From assembly GCA_005884705.1 (NCBI GenBank), contig VBAF01000063.1, forward strand, positions 1 to 33,027: a stretch of DNA of 33,027 bases, in the 5' to 3' direction. Both the position numbers and the translations under genes were made by a program. Source of the DNA: Alphaproteobacteria bacterium. GTDB taxonomy: Bacteria > Pseudomonadota > Alphaproteobacteria > Reyranellales > Reyranellaceae. The notes under the pieces are model-generated. The model saw nothing but the letters and a program-made list of their open reading frames with translations. It made no database searches and had not been told where the DNA came from. Shown here piece by piece: positions 1 through 7,515 of the stretch; the stretch's first letter is position 1, and every line of letters starts with the position of its first letter.

Positions 1-116
1 GCGAGGTGGTTTATGTCGCCGCTCCCGGCGCGCTGGTGCCCGACTGGTCGCTGCTGCCCTACAAGAAGGCCGACGCCCAATCGCAATGGCCGTTCGCCGC
101 CAATCCGCACGCCTGA
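1..116 (+). CDS. 3' end of a gene entering the window; probable MlrC/M81-family metallopeptidase C-terminus (partial)
   Basis: Frame from position 3 reads EVVYVAAPGALVPDWSLLPYKKADAQSQWPFAANPHA* (TGA 114-116). The 'YVxxPG...LPY...WP' ending resembles MlrC C-termini. Not in the ORF track. Confidence 0.55.
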   Translation, partial: EVVYVAAPGALVPDWSLLPYKKADAQSQWPFAANPHA

Positions 117-282
117 AGACACGGCTGCGCGCCGCAGAAAAAGCAGCGCACGTGCAACCGGCGCCGGCCGCGCGACGTTGATCCCCTACCAGGCCACTAC
201 AGCTCGGGCTGTCCCGCCTGATGACCGAAGGAGCACACCGCCTTGACCGGCGGTCGTGCTCTTTTTGTGCGATAATCCCGCC

Positions 283-1191
283 ATGGCCCTGCTGGACTGG
301 CGCGCCGCGGCCATCGAACGCGGCCTCGAGGTGACCGACCTCGCCGAACATGTCGCAACGCGGATCGATGGCCTCTCGCTCGGCGACGATCACGACGAAG
401 AGACGGTTGCGATCATCCGCGCCGCGTGCGTGGAGCGAACGCTGCTGCTGTTCCGCGGCCAGATCGATCTCAGCCCCGACCGCTATCTCGCCTTCGCCGG
501 GCGCTTCGGCGGCCGCCCCGACCTGCATTCGCTCAGGCACTACTGCCTGCCCGACCGCCACGAGATCTTCGTCGTCGGCAACGTGCACGAGGAGCAGGCC
601 GCCGCGGGAGCGCAGAAGACCGGCTCGCCGCGCGTCGGGCTGAACTGGCACACCGACCACTACCATCTGCCCGAGCCCGGCCTGTTCACCTACCTGCACG
701 CCATCGAGGTGCCGCCCGGCCAGGGCGACACGCGCTACGCCAACGGCATCGCCGCCTACGAGGCGCTGCCGGCCGGCAAGCGCGCCGAGATCGAGGACCT
801 GAAGGTGCTGCACAGCCGCGCGCGGCTGTTCAAGAACCTCTTTCCCGAGGCGACGGCGGCGGAGATGGAGGCCGAGCGGCGCAAGATCCCCGACGTCGTC
901 CATCCGCTGGTCCGCACCCATCCCGAGCTCGGCAAGCGCGGCCTCTATCTCGGCGGCGAATGGGGCTCCTGCATCGATGGCCTGGAGAGCGAGCGGGCGC
1001 AGGCGCTCTACGACCAGCTGTTGCAGCACATGATCCAGGACCGCTTCTGTTACCGCCACCGCTGGCAGCCGGGCGACGTGCTGATGTCGGACAATCGCTG
1101 CTCGATGCACCGCGCCAGCGAATGGGACGAAGGGACTTACGTCCGCCGCCTGCACCGCATCATCATGATCGACAGCGAAGCGCCGTCCTGA
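283..1191 (+). CDS. TauD/TfdA-family Fe(II)/2-oxoglutarate dioxygenase
   Basis: HxD motif (WHTD), [34 protein letters not shown] with distal His and Arg. ATG at 283. Confidence 0.9.
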   Translation: MALLDWRAAAIERGLEVTDLAEHVATRIDGLSLGDDHDEETVAIIRAACVERTLLLFRGQIDLSPDRYLAFAGRFGGRPDLHSLRHYCLPDRHEIFVVGNVHEEQAAAGAQKTGSPRVGLNWHTDHYHLPEPGLFTYLHAIEVPPGQGDTRYANGIAAYEALPAGKRAEIEDLKVLHSRARLFKNLFPEATAAEMEAERRKIPDVVHPLVRTHPELGKRGLYLGGEWGSCIDGLESERAQALYDQLLQHMIQDRFCYRHRWQPGDVLMSDNRCSMHRASEWDEGTYVRRLHRIIMIDSEAPS

Positions 1192-1336
1192 GAGCGCCGA
1201 GGCGCTGTTGTGGGCCGCCGGAGGACACAAAAAGCGCGATGTTTCAGGCGGTTTACAGCTTTGGGGCCGGCTGATATGTTCCGCCCGCGTCGCGGCCGGG
1301 GGTGGCCGTTTCTCTTTTGAGATCAACGGCTTAACC

Positions 1337-2269
1337 ATGAAAATCCTGACGGGCAACAGCAACAAGCCGCTGGCGGAAGCCATCGCTGCCAAGCTTGCCT
1401 TGCCGCTGGTCAAGGCGAACATCCGGCGCTTCTCCGACAACGAGATCTTCGTCGAGATCCTGGAGAACGTGCGCGGCGAGGACGTCTTCGTCATCCAGTC
1501 GACCAGCTACCCGGCCAACGACCATCTGATGGAGCTGCTGATCACCATCGATGCGCTGCGCCGCAGCTCGGCGCGCCGCATCACCGCGGTAATGCCCTAC
1601 TACGGTTACGCCCGCCAGGACCGCAAGACGGCGGGCCGCACGCCAATCTCGGCCAAGCTGGTGGCCAACCTGATCACCAACGCCGGCGCCCACCGCGTAC
1701 TGACCCTCGACCTGCATGCCGAGCAAATTCAGGGCTTCTTCGACATCCCGCTCGACAATCTCTATGCCGGACCGGTGTTCAGCCGCGACATCAAGGAGAC
1801 GCTGGGCAACCGCAACCTCACCATGGTGTCGCCCGACACCGGTGGCGTGGTGCGGGCCCGCGCGATCGCCAAGCGGGTCGACGCCGATCTCGCGATCATC
1901 GACAAGCGCCGCGAACGGGCGGGCGTCAGCGAGGTCATGCATGTCATCGGCGACGTCAAGGACCGCGACTGCATCCTGATGGACGATATCGTCGATTCGG
2001 CCGGCACCCTGTGCAATGCCGCGGTGGCTCTGATGGATCAGGGTGCGAAGTCGGTATGTGCCTATGCCACCCACGGCGTCCTGTCGGGCGGCGCGGTGGC
2101 GCGCGTGGCGGCGTCGCCGATGGAGAAGCTGGTCATTACCGATTCGATCATGCCGACCGAGGCGGTGCGCATCTCGCCCAACGTGCGGCCCTTGTCGGTC
2201 GCGCCCTTGATGGCCGAGGCAATGAAGCGCATCGCCGACGAGACGTCGGTGTCGAGCCTGTTCGACTAG
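1337..2269 (+). CDS. prs: Ribose-phosphate pyrophosphokinase
   Basis: MKILTGNSN start, [41 protein letters not shown]; canonical prs-rplY-pth-ychF order. Confidence 0.98.
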   Translation: MKILTGNSNKPLAEAIAAKLALPLVKANIRRFSDNEIFVEILENVRGEDVFVIQSTSYPANDHLMELLITIDALRRSSARRITAVMPYYGYARQDRKTAGRTPISAKLVANLITNAGAHRVLTLDLHAEQIQGFFDIPLDNLYAGPVFSRDIKETLGNRNLTMVSPDTGGVVRARAIAKRVDADLAIIDKRRERAGVSEVMHVIGDVKDRDCILMDDIVDSAGTLCNAAVALMDQGAKSVCAYATHGVLSGGAVARVAASPMEKLVITDSIMPTEAVRISPNVRPLSVAPLMAEAMKRIADETSVSSLFD

Positions 2270-2359
2270 AAGGAATTTCGCGAGATCCGGCGATAGGCAC
2301 CCCTGGAGGCCACGCCGCGATGAAGAGAGAGCAACAGCAAGCCTTTAGGAGAAGTTGAA

Positions 2360-3118
2360 ATGGCAGAGACGACAAAGGTCGTCGCGAAGAAGCGGGACCG
2401 GGCCGGCAAAGGGGGCGCCCGTTCCAGCCGTCGCGATGGACTGATTCCCGCCGTGATCTACGGCGACAAGCAGCCGCCCCTGATGATCGCCGTCGAGCCC
2501 AAGTCGGTCGAGCGCATGATCCATCGGGAAGGCTTCTTCAACCACAGCCTCCAGATCGACGTCGAGGGCACCACGGTCGACGCCCTGCCGCGCGACGTGC
2601 AGGTCGATCCGGTGACGGACAAGCCCCTGCATCTCGACTTCCTGCGCATCGGACCCGATTCGATCATCACCGTGCAGGTCCCCGTCCACTTCCGCAACGA
2701 AGCGGCGGCGCCCGGCATCAAGCGCGGCGGCGTGCTGAACGTCGTCATGCACGAAATCACGGTGCGTACCAAGCCGACCACCATCCCCGAGTACTTCGAG
2801 GTCGACCTGACCGGTCTCGAGATCGGCCATTCCGTCCATCTCTCCGCGCTGCAGGTCCCGGACGGTGTGCGGGTGGTGACCCGCGAGAAGAACCCGACGG
2901 TCGCCACGATCGCGGCTCCGACCGTGGTCCGCGAAGCAGCGGCCCAGGCGGCGGCTGACGCGGCGGCGGCAGCGGCGGCCCCGGTGGCAGTCGAAGGTGC
3001 GGCTCCGGCGGCAGGGGCGGCTCCGGCGGCGGGTGCGACACCCGCGGCGGGTGCGGCTCCGGCAGCGGGTGCGGCTCCGGCAGCGGGCGCCAAGGCTCCG
3101 GCTCCGGCGAAGAAGTAG
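2360..3118 (+). CDS. rplY: 50S ribosomal protein L25/general stress protein Ctc with Ala/Pro-rich tail
   Basis: GKGGARSSRRDGLIPAVIYG, VQVDPVTDKPLHLDF, PGIKRGGVL; AGGAG RBS upstream. Confidence 0.97.
   Translation: MAETTKVVAKKRDRAGKGGARSSRRDGLIPAVIYGDKQPPLMIAVEPKSVERMIHREGFFNHSLQIDVEGTTVDALPRDVQVDPVTDKPLHLDFLRIGPDSIITVQVPVHFRNEAAAPGIKRGGVLNVVMHEITVRTKPTTIPEYFEVDLTGLEIGHSVHLSALQVPDGVRVVTREKNPTVATIAAPTVVREAAAQAAADAAAAAAAPVAVEGAAPAAGAAPAAGATPAAGAAPAAGAAPAAGAKAPAPAKK
2996..3085 (+). repeat. Five imperfect 18-bp tandem repeats encoding (GAAPAA)n in the L25 tail
   Basis: Units resembling GGTGCGGCTCCGGCRGCR; translation GAAPAA GAAPAA GATPAA GAAPAA GAAPAA. Confidence 0.9.
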
Positions 3119-3130
3119 CCCGAGGCGTCC

Positions 3131-3754
3131 GTGCTCCTGCTGGTCGGGCTCGGCAATCCCGGGCCGCGCTATGCGGGGCATCGGCACAATGTGGGGTTCA
3201 TGGCGGCGGACGAGATCGTCCGCCGCCGTGTCTTCTCGCCCTGGCGCGCGCGCTTCAACGGCGAGGTGGCCGAAGGCCATCTCGGCGGCGAGCGGACGAT
3301 CGTGCTGAAGCCGATGACCTTCATGAACGAGTCGAGCAAGGCGGTCGGCGAGGCGGTGCGCTACCTCAAGCTGCCGCTCGACCGGGTCGTGGTGTTCCAC
3401 GACGAGCTCGATCTGGCACCCGGCCGGGTCCGCATGAAGAAGGGCGGCGGTGCCGGCGGCCACAACGGCTTGCGCGACATCGACGCCCATGTCGGCAACG
3501 ACTATCGCCGGGTGCGCATCGGCATCGGCCATCCCGGCCACAAGGACCTGGTGCTGCACTGGGTGCTGCGCGACTTCGAGCCGGATGAGCGCGATCCCAA
3601 GGACGGCTGGGTGCCCAAGGTGCTGCAGGCGCTGGCCGAGGAATCGGCGATCCTGGCCGAGGGAGGCGCCAAGCCCGACGAGAAATACATGAGCCGGGTG
3701 GCGCATCTCGCGCCGCCTCCCGATCTTCCGGCGCGGCTGGACCTCAAAGAGTGA
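3131..3754 (+). CDS. pth: Peptidyl-tRNA hydrolase
   Basis: LVGLGNPG, RHNVGF, KPMTFMNES, HDELDL, GGHNGLRDI, RVRIGIGHPG; GTG start. Confidence 0.97.
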   Translation: MLLLVGLGNPGPRYAGHRHNVGFMAADEIVRRRVFSPWRARFNGEVAEGHLGGERTIVLKPMTFMNESSKAVGEAVRYLKLPLDRVVVFHDELDLAPGRVRMKKGGGAGGHNGLRDIDAHVGNDYRRVRIGIGHPGHKDLVLHWVLRDFEPDERDPKDGWVPKVLQALAEESAILAEGGAKPDEKYMSRVAHLAPPPDLPARLDLKE

Positions 3755-3770
3755 GAGCTTAGAGCGAGAA

Positions 3771-4868
3771 ATGGGTTTCAACTGTGGAATCGTCGGCCTG
3801 CCCAATGTCGGCAAGTCGACCCTGTTCAATGCGCTGACCGCCACCCAGGCGGCGCAGGCGGCGAACTATCCCTTCTGCACCATCGAGCCGAATGTCGGCC
3901 GCGTCGCCGTGCCCGATCCGCGGCTCGACAAGCTCGCGACGATCGCGGCCTCGGCCAAGATTGTGGCGACGCAGCTCGAGTTCGTCGACATCGCCGGCCT
4001 GGTCAAGGGCGCGTCCAAGGGCGAGGGGCTGGGCAACCAGTTCCTCGGCAATATCCGCGAGGTCGACGCCATCGCCCACGTGCTGCGCTGCTTCGAGGAC
4101 AGCGACGTGACGCACGTGTCGGGCAATGTCGATCCGGTGCGCGATGCGGAGATCGTCGAAACCGAGCTGATGCTGGCCGACCTCGATTCGCTCGAGAAGC
4201 GCCTGCCCAACCTCGAGAAGCGCGCCAAGGGCGGCGACAAGGAGGCCGCGGCCGAGGCGCCCGTGGTCAAGAAGGCACTCGACGCGTTGCGCGAGGGCAA
4301 GCCGGCGCGCGACGCGGAGATTACCGCCGAGGAGCGGCCCGTCTTCGCCCGCCTGCAGCTCATCACCGCCAAGCCGATGATGTACGTGCTGAACGTCGAG
4401 GAAGCGGCAGCCGCCACCGGCAACGCCCACAGCGCCAAGGCCGAGGCCTGGGCGAAGGACCGCGGCATGCCCTGCGTGGTGATCTCGGCGGCGATCGAGG
4501 CCGAGGTCGCCCAGCTTCCGCTCGAGGACCAGGGCGAATACCTCGCCTCGCTCGGGCTGAAGGAAACCGGCCTCGCGAGGGTCCTGCGAACCGGCTACGC
4601 CCTGCTCGACCTCGTCACCTTCTTCACCGTCGGGCCGAAGGAGGCGCGCGCCTGGACGGTACGGCGCGAGGCCCGCGCGCCGGAGGCGGCCGGCGTGATC
4701 CACACCGACTTCGAGAAGGGCTTCATCCGCGCCGAGACCATCGCCTACGACGACTATATCGCGCTGAACGGCGAGGCGGGCGCGCGCGATGCCGGCAAGC
4801 TGCGGCTCGAGGGCAAGGACTACGCCGTCAAGGACGGCGACGTCTTCCACTTCCGGTTCAACGTGTGA
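3771..4868 (+). CDS. ychF: Redox-regulated ATPase YchF
   Basis: GIVGLPNVGKSTLFN, ANYPFCTIEPN, DIAGLVKGASKGEGLGNQFL, IHTDFEKGFIRAE, FRFNV C-terminus. Confidence 0.98.
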   Translation: MGFNCGIVGLPNVGKSTLFNALTATQAAQAANYPFCTIEPNVGRVAVPDPRLDKLATIAASAKIVATQLEFVDIAGLVKGASKGEGLGNQFLGNIREVDAIAHVLRCFEDSDVTHVSGNVDPVRDAEIVETELMLADLDSLEKRLPNLEKRAKGGDKEAAAEAPVVKKALDALREGKPARDAEITAEERPVFARLQLITAKPMMYVLNVEEAAAATGNAHSAKAEAWAKDRGMPCVVISAAIEAEVAQLPLEDQGEYLASLGLKETGLARVLRTGYALLDLVTFFTVGPKEARAWTVRREARAPEAAGVIHTDFEKGFIRAETIAYDDYIALNGEAGARDAGKLRLEGKDYAVKDGDVFHFRFNV

Positions 4869-5293
4869 TGCGGGCGCTCGCGCCCCTCGCTGCGGCATCG
4901 GCGATGCTCGCCGCGACGGCGTTCGCCCAGACGACCGACTTCACCAGCTTCGAGGCGGTGCCCGGCAAGCCGATCGAGATCGGCAACTACGCCGCCGTCG
5001 GCAATGCCTGCGCGGCCGGCGCCCCGCCGACCATCAGGGTCGTCGAGCCGCCGCGGTCGGGCACGCTCAGCGTCCGCGCCGGCGAGCGCCTCTACCGGAT
5101 TCCCGGATGCCCGCCAGTCAAGATGCAAGCCGAGGTGCTGACCTACGAGGCGCGCGACACGGCGACCGGAACCGACCATGTCGTCTACGATATCGTGAGC
5201 GCAAACGGCCAGGTCTCGACCAAGGACGTCACGATCCATCTCCAGGATCCGCCCCGGGGCGCACCGGCGCCCAAGCCTGACATCAAGCTCTGA
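4868..5293 (+). CDS. Hypothetical secreted protein (signal peptide, two Cys, beta-rich)
   Basis: TGATG overlap with the ychF stop; N-terminus MRALAPLAAASAMLAATAFA is a typical Sec signal; host-like GC3 codon usage. Confidence 0.8.
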   Translation: MRALAPLAAASAMLAATAFAQTTDFTSFEAVPGKPIEIGNYAAVGNACAAGAPPTIRVVEPPRSGTLSVRAGERLYRIPGCPPVKMQAEVLTYEARDTATGTDHVVYDIVSANGQVSTKDVTIHLQDPPRGAPAPKPDIKL

Positions 5294-5294
5294 C

Positions 5295-5405
5295 CTAGAC
5301 GATCCGGCTGGTCTTGTTGCCGCTTGTAGAGCTTGCCCGTCTGGCCGCAGAAGGCGATCAGCTGGGGCGGCTGGGATGCCGTGCGGCATGCTTGCCTGGA
5401 TACAT
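5295..5405 (-). pseudogene. Collapsed remnant of an acyl-CoA synthetase (AMP-binding) gene
   Basis: The minus strand reads MYPGKHAARHPSRP, then after a frame change QLIAFCGQ-TGKLYKR, then after another frame change GNKTSRIV*. These resemble the N-terminus, a C-domain helix, the A10 (TGK) motif and the C-terminus of alphaproteobacterial acyl-CoA synthetases. Confidence 0.75.
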
Positions 5406-5452
5406 CGCCGCGAGGTTAGACTTGGGCCTGCCGACAACCCAAAGGAGCCGCC

Positions 5453-5857
5453 ATGACCGTCAAGCTCTTCACCCCGCCGACCCTGCCCAAGCGCGGCGGC
5501 TACAGCCAGGTCTGCGAGGTCACTTCGGGCAAGCTGATCCTGATCGCGGGCCAGGTGCCGCATGACGTCAACGACAAGATGGTCGGCGAGGGCAGCTTCG
5601 AGGCCCAGGTCGAGCAGGTCTTCAGGAACCTCGACGCGGCGCTCAAGGCCGCCGGCGGCAGCATGAAGAGCCTGGTGAAAATCATGAACTATTGCGTCGC
5701 TTCGGTGAGCTACGAGGAGCGCATGGTCTATCGCACCGTGCGCGACCGCCATGTCGATACTGCCAATCCGCCGGTCAGCACCTTCATCTACGTCGTGCGC
5801 CTCGCCCAGCCCAATTGGCTGTTCGAGATGGACGCGATGGCCGTGATCGACGGGTAG
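5453..5857 (+). CDS. RidA/YjgF/UK114-family protein
   Basis: GGYSQ, LIAGQV, QVEQVFRNLDAALKAAGG, PPVST, WLFEMDAMAVI; AAGGAG RBS. Confidence 0.93.
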   Translation: MTVKLFTPPTLPKRGGYSQVCEVTSGKLILIAGQVPHDVNDKMVGEGSFEAQVEQVFRNLDAALKAAGGSMKSLVKIMNYCVASVSYEERMVYRTVRDRHVDTANPPVSTFIYVVRLAQPNWLFEMDAMAVIDG

Positions 5858-5859
5858 GC
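5801..5859 (+). repeat. Left copy of a 59-bp imperfect direct repeat (3' end of the RidA gene)
   Basis: CTCGCCCAGCCCAATTGGCTGTTCGAGATGGACGCGATGGCCGTGATCGACGGGTAGGC; matches 7457-7515 at 54 of 59 positions. Confidence 0.95.
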
Positions 5860-6086
5860 GGTGTACTTCGCCGACCTCACACCCCAAGGCTCAAAATGTC
5901 CTGCCTTGCCGCGTTACCGCGGGCGGGCGCCATAACCCGAGCAGGCCACACAACGCGGGTTCTGTCGCAGTTGGTCTGAATGGAAGGTGATCGGCACGCT
6001 CCGGACGGTGAGACCCTGCAATGAAGCGAAGAATTAATGAAGTTGTCAGAACCAAAGCGCCTTACAATCGGAGTGGAGGAGTGAGA

Positions 6087-6103
6087 CTGGCGTGAGATTT
6101 GCA
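6087..6103 (+). promoter_or_regulatory. Sigma-54 (RpoN) -24/-12 promoter motif
   Basis: CTGGCGTGAGATTTGCA has GG-N10-GC and closely fits YTGGCACGNNNNTTGCW; it ends 27 bp before ATG 6131. Confidence 0.7.
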
Positions 6104-6130
6104 CGCAGGCTTGGGGAAAGAGGGGGGATA

Positions 6131-6606
6131 ATGAAGATCGGGGTTACGCTGGTCGATCGCATTCTCGATTCGACGGTCAGTTCGGACGGGCAGCATCTCG
6201 TGCTGTGGCTGCGGACGGCGGAAGATGGAGCCCTGCCGATCGCCGTGCCCTGCGACGAAATCCACACGCTATCGACCGCTGCGCTGTCGCCTCGACGGCC
6301 AGCGAGGCGACGTCGCGGGCCGACCCGCCGTCCAAGGACGAGAAGATGGCGGTCACTTGGTGGAACTCGTCAGTCGACAGGCCTTCACAGGAGTTCACGC
6401 TTGCGCTGACCTTCGGCAGTGGCGGAACGCTTTCCTTTGCATTCCCCGAGCGCATGGCGCGCGCCCTGCTTGCTACGCTGAGGTCCCATTACGAACCGCT
6501 TGCGGCTCAGTCGCCGCGACTGCCGGAGATTGCCGAGCGACTACGACCGTGGCGTGGAGCATTACTGTCGGCAAGCCGGTTGAAGCGCTCCACCCTGGCA
6601 GGATGA
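6131..6606 (+). pseudogene. Hypothetical protein interrupted by an apparent 1-nt frameshift near 6270
   Basis: Frame from ATG 6131 (MKIGVTLVDRILDSTVSSDGQHLVLWL...EIHTL) continues plausibly in the -1 frame (IDRCAVAS...TWWNSSVD...LTFGSGGTLSFAFP...) to TGA 6606, which overlaps the next ATG (ATGA). Confidence 0.6.
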
Positions 6607-7349
6607 TGACCCTCGACACCGCCCTTCAAGCGCTCCTCCTCGCCATGTTTCTGGGCGGCTTTGTCTCGGGTATTTCGGGGTTTGCCTTCTCAGCCGTCGC
6701 GGGCGCGATCCTGCTGCAGGTCTACCCACCCGTGTTCGCCGTTCCGCTGATGATGGCCTGTGCGCTGGTTGCCCAGCTCTACAGCCTCATAAGCCTGAGG
6801 AACAGCATGGAATGGCGAAAGGCGCTGCCCCTGATCGTCGGCGGGATAGTCGGCATGCCGATCGGACTGTACGCACTGAGATCGGTCGACGCGCATACCT
6901 TCCGGCTGGGGTTCGGCATTTTCCTGGCAGTCTACTCGGCCTACATGCTGTTCTGGCCGGCCACCTTTTCGGCGCACAAAAAGGATGGAGGCGTGACCAG
7001 CTACGCGATCGGTTTTGCCGGCGGCGTGGTCGGCGGGCTGACCGCATTCCCCGGCGCCCTGCCGACGATATGGTGTGACCTCCGCGGATTTCCCAAGGAC
7101 GTCAAGCGCGGCATGACCCAGCCCTACATCGCGTTCATGCAATTCGCCGGCATATTCCTGGTATTCCTGCACGGCGACTTGTCGAGCGAATTTGTGCCGA
7201 AGCTGTTGTGGAGCCTGCCCGCGGTTATCGGCGGCTGCGTCCTGGGTCTTGCGCTCTTTGGCAAGGTGAATGACCTCGCCTTTCGCAGGATCATCCTTGC
7301 GGCTCTCCTCGTCTCGGGTCTGGCGTTGGCGTATCCGCAGCTCCTCTAG
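6603..7349 (+). CDS. TauE/SafE-family sulfite exporter (TSUP)
   Basis: GGFVSGISGFAF and GGVVGGLTAFPG repeats, about 8 hydrophobic segments, 248 aa; ATG 6603 or 6606. Confidence 0.9.
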   Translation: MMTLDTALQALLLAMFLGGFVSGISGFAFSAVAGAILLQVYPPVFAVPLMMACALVAQLYSLISLRNSMEWRKALPLIVGGIVGMPIGLYALRSVDAHTFRLGFGIFLAVYSAYMLFWPATFSAHKKDGGVTSYAIGFAGGVVGGLTAFPGALPTIWCDLRGFPKDVKRGMTQPYIAFMQFAGIFLVFLHGDLSSEFVPKLLWSLPAVIGGCVLGLALFGKVNDLAFRRIILAALLVSGLALAYPQLL

Positions 7350-7456
7350 GCCTGTCCGATCATCACGCAAGGAGCGAGGTTGGACCCCAGTAGAGGTTCT
7401 GCTCAACGAGCATAATAATCGCGGTCGATGAAAGTCGTCCGAGGTCAGGCAGCACG

Positions 7457-7515
7457 CTCGCCCAGCCCATCTGGCTGTTCGACATGGACGCGATGGCGGT
7501 GATCGACGGCTAGGC
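7457..7515 (+). repeat. Right copy of the 59-bp repeat (orphan RidA 3' end, LAQPIWLFDMDAMAVIDG*)
   Basis: CTCGCCCAGCCCATCTGGCTGTTCGACATGGACGCGATGGCGGTGATCGACGGCTAGGC; it abuts the phoX stop. Confidence 0.95.

Larger units (their letters stand above)
5860..7456. mobile_element. Small inserted islet between duplicated RidA 3' ends (no integrase or transposase encoded)
   Basis: Flanked by 59-bp direct repeats; visibly more A/T-rich, with many A/T-ending codons compared with the flanks. Confidence 0.65.

Noticed and set aside
13-246. 77-aa ORF at the window start
   Set aside because: Overlaps the real 3' gene end in another frame; Arg/Pro-rich, non-coding-like composition.
243-276. TTGACC...GATAAT as a sigma-70 promoter for the TauD gene
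   Set aside because: The spacer is 22 bp, too long for a -35/-10 pair.
2996-3085. Tandem repeats as a CRISPR array (also 16656-16700 and 31857-31902)
   Set aside because: No unique spacers, the first two are in-frame coding repeats, and no cas genes are present.
5860-7456. IS element, integron or prophage
   Set aside because: No transposase, integrase, terminal inverted repeats or attC-like structure seen; kept only as a repeat-flanked islet.
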